64,000 nt of DNA from Zancudomyces culisetae HAW-14-8 (taxonomy: Eukaryota > Fungi > Kickxellomycota): the NCBI GenBank assembly GCA_052426225.1, contig JBNJNM010000013.1, forward strand, positions 558,001 through 622,000, read 5' to 3'. The notes under the pieces were generated by a model. The model had not been told where the DNA came from and ran no database searches. It worked only from the letters and a program-made list of their open reading frames with translations. Shown here piece after piece: positions 14,179-25,866 of the stretch. Positions within the stretch are counted from its first letter, which is position 1. Each line of letters opens with the position of its first letter. The position numbers were made by a program, and so were the translations under genes.

Positions 14179-16117
14179 ATGAGGGAAACCAATTTTAACT
14201 TTCCATTATCGAATAAGGCATGTGTGTCGATATCACCATCGCTATATGATAGAAGAGCATTGGATTGCACGGCGGTATTACCGTTGGTGAATTCACTATG
14301 GCATTTAAATTACTTGACATCGTCGTCGGCAAGAATACGAGATATAATGACGACAGATGGAGGGGTAGAGAGGCTAGTTCGAATACTAAAGACGTCGAAA
14401 ATCGACAAGGAGTCAAAAGAGCCACTAAAGACGTGGAAGTGGGTGATGGCGTTTCATTGTATAGTAAACATGGGGGTGAGGGGAACGGAGGAGGTGAGGG
14501 CACGAGTGGTAGAGGCAGGGGCGATTAGAATACTGGTTAGGATTTTTGAGGCGTATCTGAAGAAAATGGAGGTGGTGGAGGTGGGGAAAGTTCTTAACCA
14601 GCTGACGACAGCGGCGAATGGAGTAGAAGTGATGATGAAGAGTGTATACGACGGGTACAATAACAACTTACCAGTGCCATACGAAATGATGGCAGAGGCA
14701 GGCCGCGATCCAAACTATGAAGAGAGCCTGAATGGGCTTGGTGACCATACCATAGTTGGTGGAGTGCATATAGAAAACAGTATAGGTCCAGAACAAAGAG
14801 CCGATGCTGCTGGTCAAACAAGTGACGGCCTGGGTGGTAGTCGACGACCGCCAGGAGACCGGTTTGCAGAGCCACCGCTTTCGCTAGACGAGCGGATGCA
14901 AACAGACGAGACATCGCTGTTTTCACTGACAGCCCTAGCAGGACGGCCGCCACAGGTTAACAGCAATGCATTAAGCAACTATGCGTTTGAGCAGTGCCGG
15001 ATTGAGATTCTGCAGATGCGATACGAAATGGCTCAGCATGAGTTGCAGAAGGTCGACAATGTTATGTTTCGGCCCGAAGATGTAGTCTTTTCGCTGCAGC
15101 TCTTGGCCTACATTACCAAATATGCCCGCCTAAGAAACATTCTGTACAACCAAAAGAGACAAGACGAAGTCAGTTCTGTAGACGACGAAATGGTGCCGCG
15201 TGGCTGCAATGTATTTTCCCTAATTGAAAAACTCACTTTTCTGCCCAATCCTCAATGTATTCGAGACTGGGCTGCCGTCGTCATGAAAAATGTCTGTCGG
15301 AAAGATGAAACCAAAAACGGTCTGCGCCGATGTTCCTATCTCAAATGTATGCGCTGGGAGTCTCCCAACCGCCTGTTTTCCAAGTGTCGTCGTTGCCGAA
15401 GAGCTAAATACTGCTCCAGACTATGCCAGAGCGAAGCCTGGGCCGCCGGCCATAAAAACTGGTGCTCTGAACGTCCAAACCCCTCTGCTGACTCCTGTAA
15501 CTACGACCCTCCTGCTTACGACTCTATCTCTACTGTTCCTTTTGACTCTCCAAATCCTGCCTCCGACAATTCCACCACCTCCTCCTTCCTCCACTCCAAC
15601 CGCCGCTACTCTTCCTCCTCCTCTTCCTTCTCAAACAATCCCAATCGCAACTTTCAGAATGTTCAACTTCAGCGTCGACCTGCTCGTCTCTCCTCCTCTG
15701 TCTCCCATACTCCTTACCCTCCCCCAAGAAGATTAGCCTCCTCTCAGCTTCCCCCTTCCTCTACCTCTTCTCATGAAAATACTGCTCCTACTCATCTTTC
15801 CTCCAATAATCATTACTCTGTTCTTTCTTTGCCTCCAATCAGACTAAACCCTTCTTTACTTCCCCCCATCTCCTCTACTTCTTCTACTTCTTTTAATCCT
15901 CCAAACAATACCTCTTATTATAATACTCACCCTCTTTATTTCTCCAATTCTAACAACACCTCTTCTCAGTCCTCACAACAACAACAACAACAACAACAAT
16001 TCCAATCTCAACAGCATCAATATCAACATCAACAAAATCAACAATTACAACAACAACATCAACAGTTACAACACCAATACCATCAACAACAGCAATACCA
16101 ACAACAACAGCAATACC

Positions 16118-16160
<43 letters not shown>

Positions 16161-16374
16161 GCAACATCAACAGCAACATCAACAGCAACATCAACAGCAA
16201 CAATATCGATATCAACATTATCCTCTCTCTCAATCTTCTCCTCGTCCCCCAAACAATTCTTCCACCTCTACTATCAATAATTACCAACCTCAATCTCAAT
16301 CTCAATCTCGATCTCAATCCCAATCTCAGCCTCAATCCCAATATTATCATCATAATAACAATCGTCAATTTTAA
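14179..16374 (+). CDS. MUB1: MYND-type zinc-finger protein samB/Mub1 with S/P/Q-rich tail
   Basis: Intronless 731-aa ORF. N-terminal MRETNF...SLYDRRALDCT...LVNSL.HL.YLTSSS.RIR and MYND finger CSYLKC...FSKCRRCRRAKYCSRLCQSEAWAAGHKNWC. Confidence 0.9.
15975..16203 (+). repeat. (CAA/CAG/CAT)n coding microsatellite, poly-Q/H/Y tract in samB
   Basis: Long CAA-dominated triplet run, in frame. Confidence 0.9.
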
Positions 16375-16747
16375 TCTCAATCTTTCTTTTTCTTTCTTTT
16401 TCCATCTCTCTCCCCCCCCAGTTTCTTTCTCTTACTGATTTATTTACCTAGACTTATCCCTAAATTCACCTCTTTCTTTATTTTTTTTGTTTACCAAACA
16501 TAAAAACTTTATAATTACTTAGATGGTTTCCTTTTTTTATTATAATACTATTGTTATCCCCCCCCCCCCCCCCCCTTCCCACTCCCCCCTTCCTCACTCT
16601 CTTCATTTCCCTTTCCCTCCACAACACAAAAAAATAAATAAAATTGTTTTTATTATTTGTTGAAATAATCCTTTTGTATACCGTCTACTTTTCTAAAAAC
16701 TTTATTTAACCTACACGCAACAATGTCTCTTACATTTTAAGGATATA

Positions 16748-17901
16748 TTATAAAATGTTATTATCTGTAAAAATCAAAACATATTGTAATGGAACCAACA
16801 TTTCATCCCTTTCAGTTCCTCCCGTCTTGATATCTGCTTTCCTTAATATCCTCTTTGCACTACCACTACCACCTTTATTACCACTGTTATTGCTATTGTT
16901 GTTGTTATTACTGTTACTGTTACTGTTGCTGTTACTGTTATCAAGAAATGAAAATAAATGTGAATACACAAGCTCATCCAGCAAAATTTTACATTCATTG
17001 TATCCTCCCAATCCTTGTCTATTGGGTAAATAGTATTCTGCCTGAATAAGCATACCCTTATATGATGTCCCCACCATAATGTTTCCTATCTTTATCACAT
17101 AATCACCCCCAACACTAACAGCACAATACCCTTCGATCTTGGCACTCTGTCGCAACTTCCAAATATTCTTGAGTTTATTTAATATCAACTCGAATTCGCT
17201 ATCGACTCTTTGAACCATCTTTGTCTCGTTAAATACCAGGTACTGCCGAATACCCCCACTTCCACCTCCACCTCCACTAACTGTACCATCTCTCACATTT
17301 CCATTATACATATTATAGTGCTTTCTATTACTTGAACCATTGATGCTCTTCTCCATCAGTTCGTGTTCTTCGTTATTGATATTTTCAATGTAATATATTT
17401 CCTCATCTTCATCTTCTGCCTCACTCTCCCCTGCTCGCTCATTAATCTCGTTGCTATTGAGAACATTCGGGTACAACGCTGTCGAAGAATCCATACTAAT
17501 CGTATATAATGCCTGGGTATCTTTTGCCGCTGCAATCTCTATATATCATTAATATTATATCAACAATGTTTCAATGAATACGCTCCTCTCCTCTCCTCTC
17601 CTCCATTCTACTCTTACCTTGCTCCATAATCTTTTCCGAATCCAAAAACTTTTGCTCACTGCTCACATCATATAACGGCTTGTACAACTTGAGTTCGGCA
17701 TTCCATTTTCCAACCACACTCAATCGAAGTTGTGTACTTAGCACATCTTGCAATTGTGCCATTGAGTTGGCACCCTGTGCCTCTTTCCATAAATATACAC
17801 TATTTATATTTGATTTATTTACTTAGTTTTTTTTTTATTTTAAAAATTTCAATTTGCATTTTTGTATTGTTTTCTTTTTTTTACCTTGTAGCAAATGTCA
17901 T
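16748..17901 (-). CDS. MED20: Mediator subunit Med20 (Srb2)-like, about 329 aa; 3 exons
   Basis: Exons 17901-17885, 17799-17618, 17538-16748, phase-compatible. WKLRQSAKIEG...GDYVIKIGNI...KGMLIQAEY resembles the Med20 core. The first mini-exon is tentative. Confidence 0.7.
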
Positions 17902-18356
17902 TGTTACAACACTATTGATAATTTATCTCTTTCTTCTTTTCCCTTATATTTTTCTTGTTTTGTGGGTTTACCGTTTCATTTGCAAGTGTCGTTCTATATT
18001 TTTACTGAGTATTGTAAAAGTATACCAACCCTTTACTTTTTCTTTTCTTTTCCTTATTCAACAAATAACAATAACAATAAGAATAACAATAATTTAAATA
18101 CTACTTTTACTACGATTTGATTTGCTTTCATTTAATTTCAAAATCGAAATCTGTTTACCTTAATAAATAAATAAATGGATAAAATGTATAAAATGTACAC
18201 AAAATAAAATTATCTAGACTTTTGTTTTTTAAATTATTTAAATGAAAATTGATATTTACAATACTTGTATTTTTAACAGTGTATTAAAGGAAACTCTCCC
18301 CCTTCCTACCACCACCACCACAATCATCACCACCTCGTTCAATTTGAACCACGAAA
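17902..18356. promoter_or_regulatory. Probable bidirectional promoter between MED20 and NSE1
   Basis: Head-to-head start codons about 455 bp apart, AT-rich spacer. Confidence 0.45.
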
Positions 18357-19856
18357 ATGTCCTCTACCCAATACAAAGTCTTTCTACAATCATGCTTGGC
18401 CAAGAGTTTTTTAACCCAGGATCAGCTAATAGAACAATGCAATACTATTTTTGACCAAGGTCGGTAAATCTCTCTCTCTCCTCCCCATCTCCCCTTTTTA
18501 ATACTTTACTTTTTAAATAATCACTATATACCACTCATATAATAATAATAATAATGTTAATAATAATAATAATTACAGTAAAAGGACCGCTTCAATAAAT
18601 ACATTAACCATATAAACTAAACCGAGTAGACTGTGATCCTTCTCGGATAATCGAAAAAACCAAATCAACTTTTTCACAGCTTGGCCTAGATTTAATCTCT
18701 GGAATCGACCAAATAACCGGAATCACTTACTGGTGTGTAGTACGTAACCCTGCCTCTTTAATTTTTTATTCTTCGTAAAATATATATATACACACACATA
18801 TATGTATATGTATGTATATATATGCCTATACTCAAACTAAAACTAGACAAAATTATTCAAAGCTCTATTTCACTTGTTTAATCTTTACCTTTACATTTAT
18901 TATTATTATTCCTATCTTAGATCGATCACAAAAACGATTCTTTGCTTTTGAATTCCACAAAGCACTCATCGATAGAAGTGCTTTATTACAAACTACTAGT
19001 AAGTAATCACCCTCTAACAAAAACACGCATAATTCCTCGTTTTCCCTTTACCTCCCCTCTTCCGTTTTCGTTTTTTGGAATAATATTTATTTCTCTAAAA
19101 AATAAAAAGATTTAATAATAATAATAATAATAACACTAATACATTTATTTATTTTGAAAACATAGATAGAGGCCATAGTTACCCGAGACGACAAAAAGTA
19201 CTATATATCTAGTCACGATGCGCTCAAGAAATCGGCTGAGCTTAATTCTCCCTCATTCAGAACAATCGACGCCCAGCGCGCACTGGATAAGTTCACCACT
19301 GACGGTTTGTTGAGCAATATCCACGGCTACTATGTATTGGGCAATCGGGCGTTTCTAGAATTGGTTGGAAGTGGGTATCTTAAAGACTTTTACGAGGATT
19401 TTTTGGTTGAATGCAAAATTTGCAATCAAATTGCCACCACAGTACGTTTTATTTTATTTTATGTTATTTATATGTTATTACATTATATTATATCTTAATA
19501 TATCAAAAAAGATTAAAACTACTCTGAAAATGTGAAAAGAAATATAGTATGCATTGTAATTCATCTGTATTATGGGTCAATAGGGAAGATACTGCGAGGG
19601 TTGCGGTGCTTCGTTTCATATCTATTGTTTTAATCACTTGAAAGCAGGCAGAAAAAATAAAACTCATGTGTATGATAGCGATGACGACAATGAGAGCGAT
19701 ACTCCAACAGCTGCAGACGACAAACCAGGCACTGTAACATGTTTAAACTGCTCCGAAATCCTGGATCAGAGTTCTTTATTTGGTACCATCGAAACACCAG
19801 ATGATGATGATGATGCGGGTGCCCACCCGAACAAACGAAGGAGGAAGGAGGTGTGA
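18357..19856 (+). CDS. NSE1: Smc5/6 complex non-SMC subunit Nse1 (winged helices plus RING-like finger), about 279 aa; 5 exons
   Basis: Exons 18357-18459, 18630-18739, 18921-18998, 19166-19441, 19584-19856 sum to an open frame. Motifs YKVFLQ, GYYVLGNRAFLEL and CKIC...GRYCEGCGASFHIYC...CLNC. Confidence 0.8.
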
Positions 19857-21520
19857 AATTTTCTGTATTTTCTCCTTTTCTCAATCAGGTCAATATTACT
19901 TGAAATCTTTCGGAAATTGAGATTATAAAAGAAAGTAAAGTAAAGTGGAGCGGGATGATAATGAAGTATTAAATCGAGAGTTTTTCTAAGATCGAACATG
20001 ATAAAAAAAAATGGAGGAAAAAGTTTAGTTCTCAGAGTAAAATTCATATTGATAGTATTAGCATAGTATATTGTGTAAAACTTCATTACACACACACACA
20101 CACTCTCTCTCTCCTCCACCCGTCCCTCCCCCCCCCCCCCTTCCGCCCTCTCCCAAAAAAAAAGCGAATATTTGCAGTTTAAAGTCTTTACTTCTTTTAA
20201 TCTACTGTTTATAGAAATAATACTTTGTACAAAAGCACAACCTCATTTCAAATACCATGTTAGTATCCAGTATGGGATTGTGATTAATAGGGATATTGTT
20301 TTTTAACATTTTATCAAAATCACTTGTTATCTGGTAACTAACATTACGTTCATTTTGGGTTATGTTTTTTTAGTATTTGTTCTTATAGTATAGTAAAAAT
20401 ATAGTTGGAAAACAAACCTAACAGTAAACGCAAACATCCTTGACGTTATTCAAAAACAGGAACAAAAACAAAAAAAGAGGTTTTACTTTGCCGAAACTTG
20501 GCGGAAATAATTGAACACTTCGATTTCAATAAGATCAGGGTCTTATCTTTTAGATAGGTACGAGGTTGAAAAGTAAAAAAATGGCGGGGGGAGGGGGGAG
20601 GAGGGGAGGGGAATAAAGAGTGTAGGAGTATAGTAGTATCATAAAATGTTATCATTCACATATATTGAACAGCTTTTCTACATAGTGGTCGTCAATCACA
20701 TTAACAGGTGTGCAAGTATTAAGATAAGATAAAATAGGTAACCCTATATGTATCTTTGAAACGAGTTCCACTACCATATATATAGTGCTTTTGACTAGAT
20801 CATTAGCACTGGATAAAAGAAAAGAAAAGAAAAGAAAAGAAAAGAAAAGAAAAGAAAAAAACGGCATGTATAACCTTTTATAGTTCTCATTTTCCCTTTT
20901 TTTTGTAACAGGTAGGATCCCCCTCCTTATCTCCTTCCCTCCTTCCTTCATCCGCTTCATCCGTTTCTCTGCTCTGTATACCTTTTTTTCACAAGGAAAG
21001 AGTAAGAACAAAGATAAAAGAAGGTGTAAATTTATAAATACCATAAAAACAAATTCTCAGTCAATATCATATATAGTTATGATGCTGTTATCATTACAAT
21101 ATGTTTTACTAATTCGGCGTCAGTAAAGGTAGTTTAAGTTAACTAAATTGATAAACCAGAGTTACGAAATAATAAATAAACAAGTTGCATTTAATCCTTT
21201 CAGGTTTGCTTATCTCCTATATTCCTTAATTCAAGTAAAATAAAAAAAAGGGGGAAGAGGTAAAGGGGAAAGAGTGAAAGAGTGAAAGAGGGAAAGAGGG
21301 AAAGAGGGAAAAGGAGAAAGGGAAAAAGTATTATTATAAAGTACGGGTAAATGAACTAAAAAAAGAAAAACAAGAAATATATAAATATGAACCGGGTTCT
21401 TGTACTTGAATACGCACCCTTGGACTCTTTTGCAATATTCCACAATACTTTATTTTTTTTATACATTAGTATCAATTAAATACCAATATTTTGTATACTT
21501 TGAAACATTTGGAATAAAGA

Positions 21521-24201
21521 AAAAAAGCAACAACAATAATGGCCAGTTTTGTTTCAAGATTCTCCTTTTCAAGAGTTGGAAACTATAGTGCGAGGATACT
21601 TGCCCCACTGGGAAGACGTTCTCTTACCACAGCAAATTCGGTTTTGGACCGTAAGTTATTATTTTAGTTATTATTGTAACTGTTATTATTGTCCGTTTCT
21701 GTATTTACTTCCACCACTTTTACTGTTTTAACTATTCAGTTTTGAATTTTGTTTAGTAATAACTCATTGTATTATATTCCGTATGTTATAAATAGCTACA
21801 CTGGGACTCACAGGTATTTGAATTGTATACTCGACTATGTTTAACCACGTACACTTTGTATATGCAGATATGAAAGCACGTATATTTCCGACTACCATAA
21901 ATATTGCGTCTAACAAAATGTTGGTATCACAGATGAGCAAAAGGAGTTGTACGAAGCTGCATCGAGTTTTGCAGAAGCCGAAATGGCACCTATTATGTTG
22001 AAGGTAAGTATGCAAATACGGATATGGATACGGATAAAAATACGCATGAAAATAGGAATAGAAATAAGAGTACAAATAGGAATACAAAGTGTGGTAGTTA
22101 TGAGAGTGTTCCATTGTACTAAAGAAGAATATACATAAAAATACCAGACACGGTATTGTTTGGTAGTATAGTGTATGGAGTGTGTCTAGTAACACTCACT
22201 TTTGAATTTGATAAACAACCAAATAGCTTGACCAAGATGAAAACATGCCAAAAGAGTTGCTATTAAAAGCAGCAGAGTTGGGATTTGGTATGATATATAC
22301 ATTATATACAATAAATTATATATAAGCATACAGTTTGTACATAACTATTTGTGTTACACCATTTATAATGAATGGAAAAAAAAGTAAATGGATGAATATA
22401 TTTAAAAATAATACACAAATTTGGTGATGAGTGATACAAACTGTATAATGGAAAGGATATAAAACATATGACATACGGTATATATTACTGGTTTATAAAA
22501 TTTACCACACTTTACTGTGATATTGCGTGTAAATAGGTAAATTATATGTTTCCGAAAAGAGTGGAGGAGTGGGGCTAGGTAAGTGAGCAAGAGTATATAA
22601 TGGTGGTGGATATGATACTGTTGATGTATGGTTGTAGGAGATGTGATAAAGTGATAAAATGATAAAATGAATTTATAGATCGATTATCTACATCGGTCGT
22701 ATTTGAGGGGCTATCTAGAGGCGATGTGTCAACTACTGCATATCTTACTCTGCACAAGTAATTTGCCACTTCCATTTACTGTTTCATAATTTTTCACAAA
22801 TTATAACAACCCGTTGTTGTTAATATTTATATAGTATGTGTGCATGGATGATTGACAAGTTTGGAAACCAAAGTCAAAGGGACAAGTATCTGGAAAACCT
22901 GCTAAATATGGATGTAAGTACGAACGTTGTGTTTGTAACTGTGAGCAATTTATGTGCATCCCATCCATGTTTAATACTACTCACCTTTTTGTTGAAACAT
23001 GTAAATTACATTGTAAATAACCCCCTATGAAATACTACTTATGATACACCAGCATTTAGGATCATACTGCCTGACAGAACCTGGAGCGGGAAGTGATGCA
23101 GCATCATTATCAACAAGTGCAAAGAAGGATGGATCTAAATATATTCTGAACGGATCAAAGGCGTTTATTTCAAATGGTGGAGACTCTGATATATATATTG
23201 TTATGGCAAGAACAGGAGGGGCAGGGCCAAAGGGTATATCAACATTTATTGTTCCAAAAGACTCGCCTGGACTGAGTTTTGGAAAGAAAGAAAAAAAGGT
23301 TGGATGGAGCTCACAACCCACACGAGGTTAGTGTATTTCGTTTATATTTATATTGAGTTTTAGATTGATTGTGGTGTGGGTTTGTATACGGTTTAATGTT
23401 AGAGCACCAAGAAATTTGATATGAAGTCGTGAAAATATGGATGTAAAATGATGAAGGTAATGACGTTTACCAAAACACTGGGATTTGAATACCAAATATA
23501 GCTGTTATATTTGAAAACTGCGAAGTACCGGCGGAGAATTTAATGGGGCGGGAGGGAGATGGGTTCAAATTTGCAATGATGGGTCTAGACGGAACCAAAG
23601 TGAATATATGCAAGTATAATATTCACATACATTAGCTATTTCTTCGAAATTAATCATCTACTGCTGGTATTTATTCTTATTGAAATCCATATTAATTATT
23701 AACTATAACCGTATAATCAATAAAATCAAGGATATCAAATATGCTCAAATAGCGTCATGTAGCCTTGGTGGTGCTGATTCCAGCTTGCGTGCTGCTCTGG
23801 AACACTCTGCTGTCCGAAAACAGTTCGGTACCCCAATCTTTGATTTCCAAAATACCCAGTTTGAGTTGGCTGAAATGGCAGGCCGACTTAATGCTTCGAG
23901 ATTGATGGTTAGACAGGCAGCAAGGATGTTGGATGAAAAATCACCAAGTGCAGTAGCATTCTGTGCTATGGTAAGTCAAACTGAAATGGGCAATTCCATA
24001 TACTTGAGTTAATGTAAAAATTCAGACAACATTTGTAGCTATAACTGCTCTTTCCGTATGAACAAATAGGCCAAAGAGTTTGCAACAGATACATGTTTCA
24101 ATATCTGTAACCGATCACTACAATTGCATGGTGGATATGGATATCTTAAGGACTATCCAGTTCAACAGTATATGCGGGATACGCGTGTTCACCAGATTTT
24201 G
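21521..24201 (+). repeat. Direct repeat, copy A of the ~2.7 kb ACAD8 duplication
   Basis: Near-identical to 36564-39233, including most introns. Confidence 0.95.
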
Positions 24202-24264
24202 GGTGGAACTAGCGAAATAATGAAGGTCATAGTTTCTAGGTCACTCGCAAAACTCATTTCTTAA
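21539..24264 (+). CDS. ACAD8: Isobutyryl-CoA dehydrogenase-like paralog (copy 1), 418 aa, 11 exons; lacks the catalytic Glu
   Basis: Exons 21539-21650, 21796-21813, 21933-22003, 22227-22287, 22537-22578, 22679-22757, 22835-22913, 23053-23326, 23502-23609, 23753-23970, 24070-24264 (1257 nt, open; requires a GC donor at 23610). ACAD8-type motifs [65 protein letters not shown]; R/S-rich mitochondrial presequence. Confidence 0.85.
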
Positions 24265-24838
24265 TATATTTCTCTTGTTTTGTTTTGTTTTATTTTTTTG
24301 GGAAGGGTTGATATATGTACCAAGGGAAATTTAGTGGTCTCGTGGGAAATACTATTAAAATAAATCAATAGTAACATTTTTTAAACTTAACTCGAGAATT
24401 CTTGCAAAAAGATTAAAAAGTAGAGGTACTGAACAACACAGATGGTACTGAACACATATATTTGACTGGACGCAATGAATCGCGACTCAAAGATGTACTT
24501 GAAGCGACACATTAAAATAGTATTTAGAGCGAAAATACTGATGAGTAGAGAGTAACAATGATCATAGTGACAATGAAGAATTAACATATAGCTCTAGATC
24601 CTAATGTAGGAGTGTTTTTTTACGTTTTAATGTTTTTTTTTGTTTTATCACACACGTATTACGTAAATATTTAGTAATGCATGTTATTTCAATTTGTAAA
24701 AAGAGTCAACAGCTATAATTAAGATATGCACATTTTATGAGCTGGTGTTATTGCAGTTATCTTTATCAAACCATTTCGTATTTTATATTTTAGCACTTTG
24801 AAAAGCTAAATAGATGTAAAATAATTGTTGCGTATAAT

Positions 24839-25513
24839 ATTATCACCAAACAGCTTTCAAAGACAGATTATGCTGGAAAACAAGCCCACGTTGAGCTGGC
24901 CGAACGAATGCGAAAGAGAGACCCAGGTAGCGCTCCCCAGGTTGGCGACCGAGTTGCATATGTTATAATCAAGGCGGCCAAAGGTGCTGCCGCTTACGAG
25001 CGTGCTGAAGATCCAATCTATGTGCTGAACAATGGCCTTCCGATTGATACACACTACTACCTTGAAAATCAGCTTGTAAAACCTCTTACCAGAATTTTTG
25101 AGCCCATTTTAACCGAAAAAGTTGGTTCTTTGTTTTCTGGTGATCACACCCGCTCAATTCATCTGACCACTCCAAATACTGGTGCTTTAATGAGGTTTGC
25201 TGTAAGGTCAGAAACTTGTCTGGGTTGTAGAGTTCCTCTACCGCCTTCCAAAAAGTCAGCCGGGTCTAATGCTGTTTGTGTTCACTGTTTGCCCAAACTT
25301 CCCGAAATATATTTTGCAAATCTCCAAATTGCCAATGCTTGTCAGACTCGATACGCTAGATTGTGGACTGAATGTCAACGGTGCCAGTCAATAATGCACG
25401 AAGATGTTGTTTGTTCCAACAGCGATTGTCCCATATTTTATATGCGGACAAAGGCACAGCATGATAACAATCAACAGATAAAAGTGATGAAAAGGTTTGA
25501 TTTGAGCTGGTAG
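24839..25513 (+). pseudogene. POL3: Orphan 3' fragment of DNA polymerase delta catalytic subunit (end of polymerase domain plus CysA/CysB); open frame, ATG at 24908 would give 201 aa
   Basis: IITKQLSKTDYAGKQAHVELAERMRKRDPGSAPQVGDRVAYVII...EDPIYVL...YYLENQL, CLGC..CVHC (CysA), CQRCQ...CSNSDCPIFYMR (CysB). Homology stops near 24839, with an in-frame TAG at 24791; I found no upstream POL3 exons in the window. Identity is secure; functional status is uncertain. Confidence 0.75.
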
Positions 25514-25866
25514 TTTTTGAATAGCACTCGCCGCTTTTTTGGTTTATTCTACTCTTATTATATTGTTATTGATATTCTTTTATACACCATCTTTTATAAC
25601 TTGAGATATAGCTAGGAGATACCTTTATTTTGTATATATTAGCTGAATAAAGCATAGTTTTGATCCATATAGCTAGTGTGGGTGACAAAGTTGTATATAA
25701 GGTGTATTCGTAAATGGTGTACTTTATTTGCCGACATAAACAAACAAACAATATTACTATGGCACTTAGTGTACCATTCCTAACTTTTTGTTTTGTAAAA
25801 GGAAATACAAAGCAGACCTAAAAAAACAGACACAAAAAACGACATTTTTGCTGAGACACTTGCAGA

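Noticed and set aside
15950-17049. Antisense ORFs with poly-V, poly-L or poly-C/Y runs (also 56712-56894 and 59796-60072)
   Set aside because: These are shadow frames of CAA/AAT-type coding microsatellites in samB, MED20 and CSL.
21764-22590. ORFs conserved between the two duplicated regions (143/142 aa and 62 aa, minus strand)
   Set aside because: They are antisense to ACAD8 introns and exons; the conservation simply reflects DNA-level identity of the duplicate.
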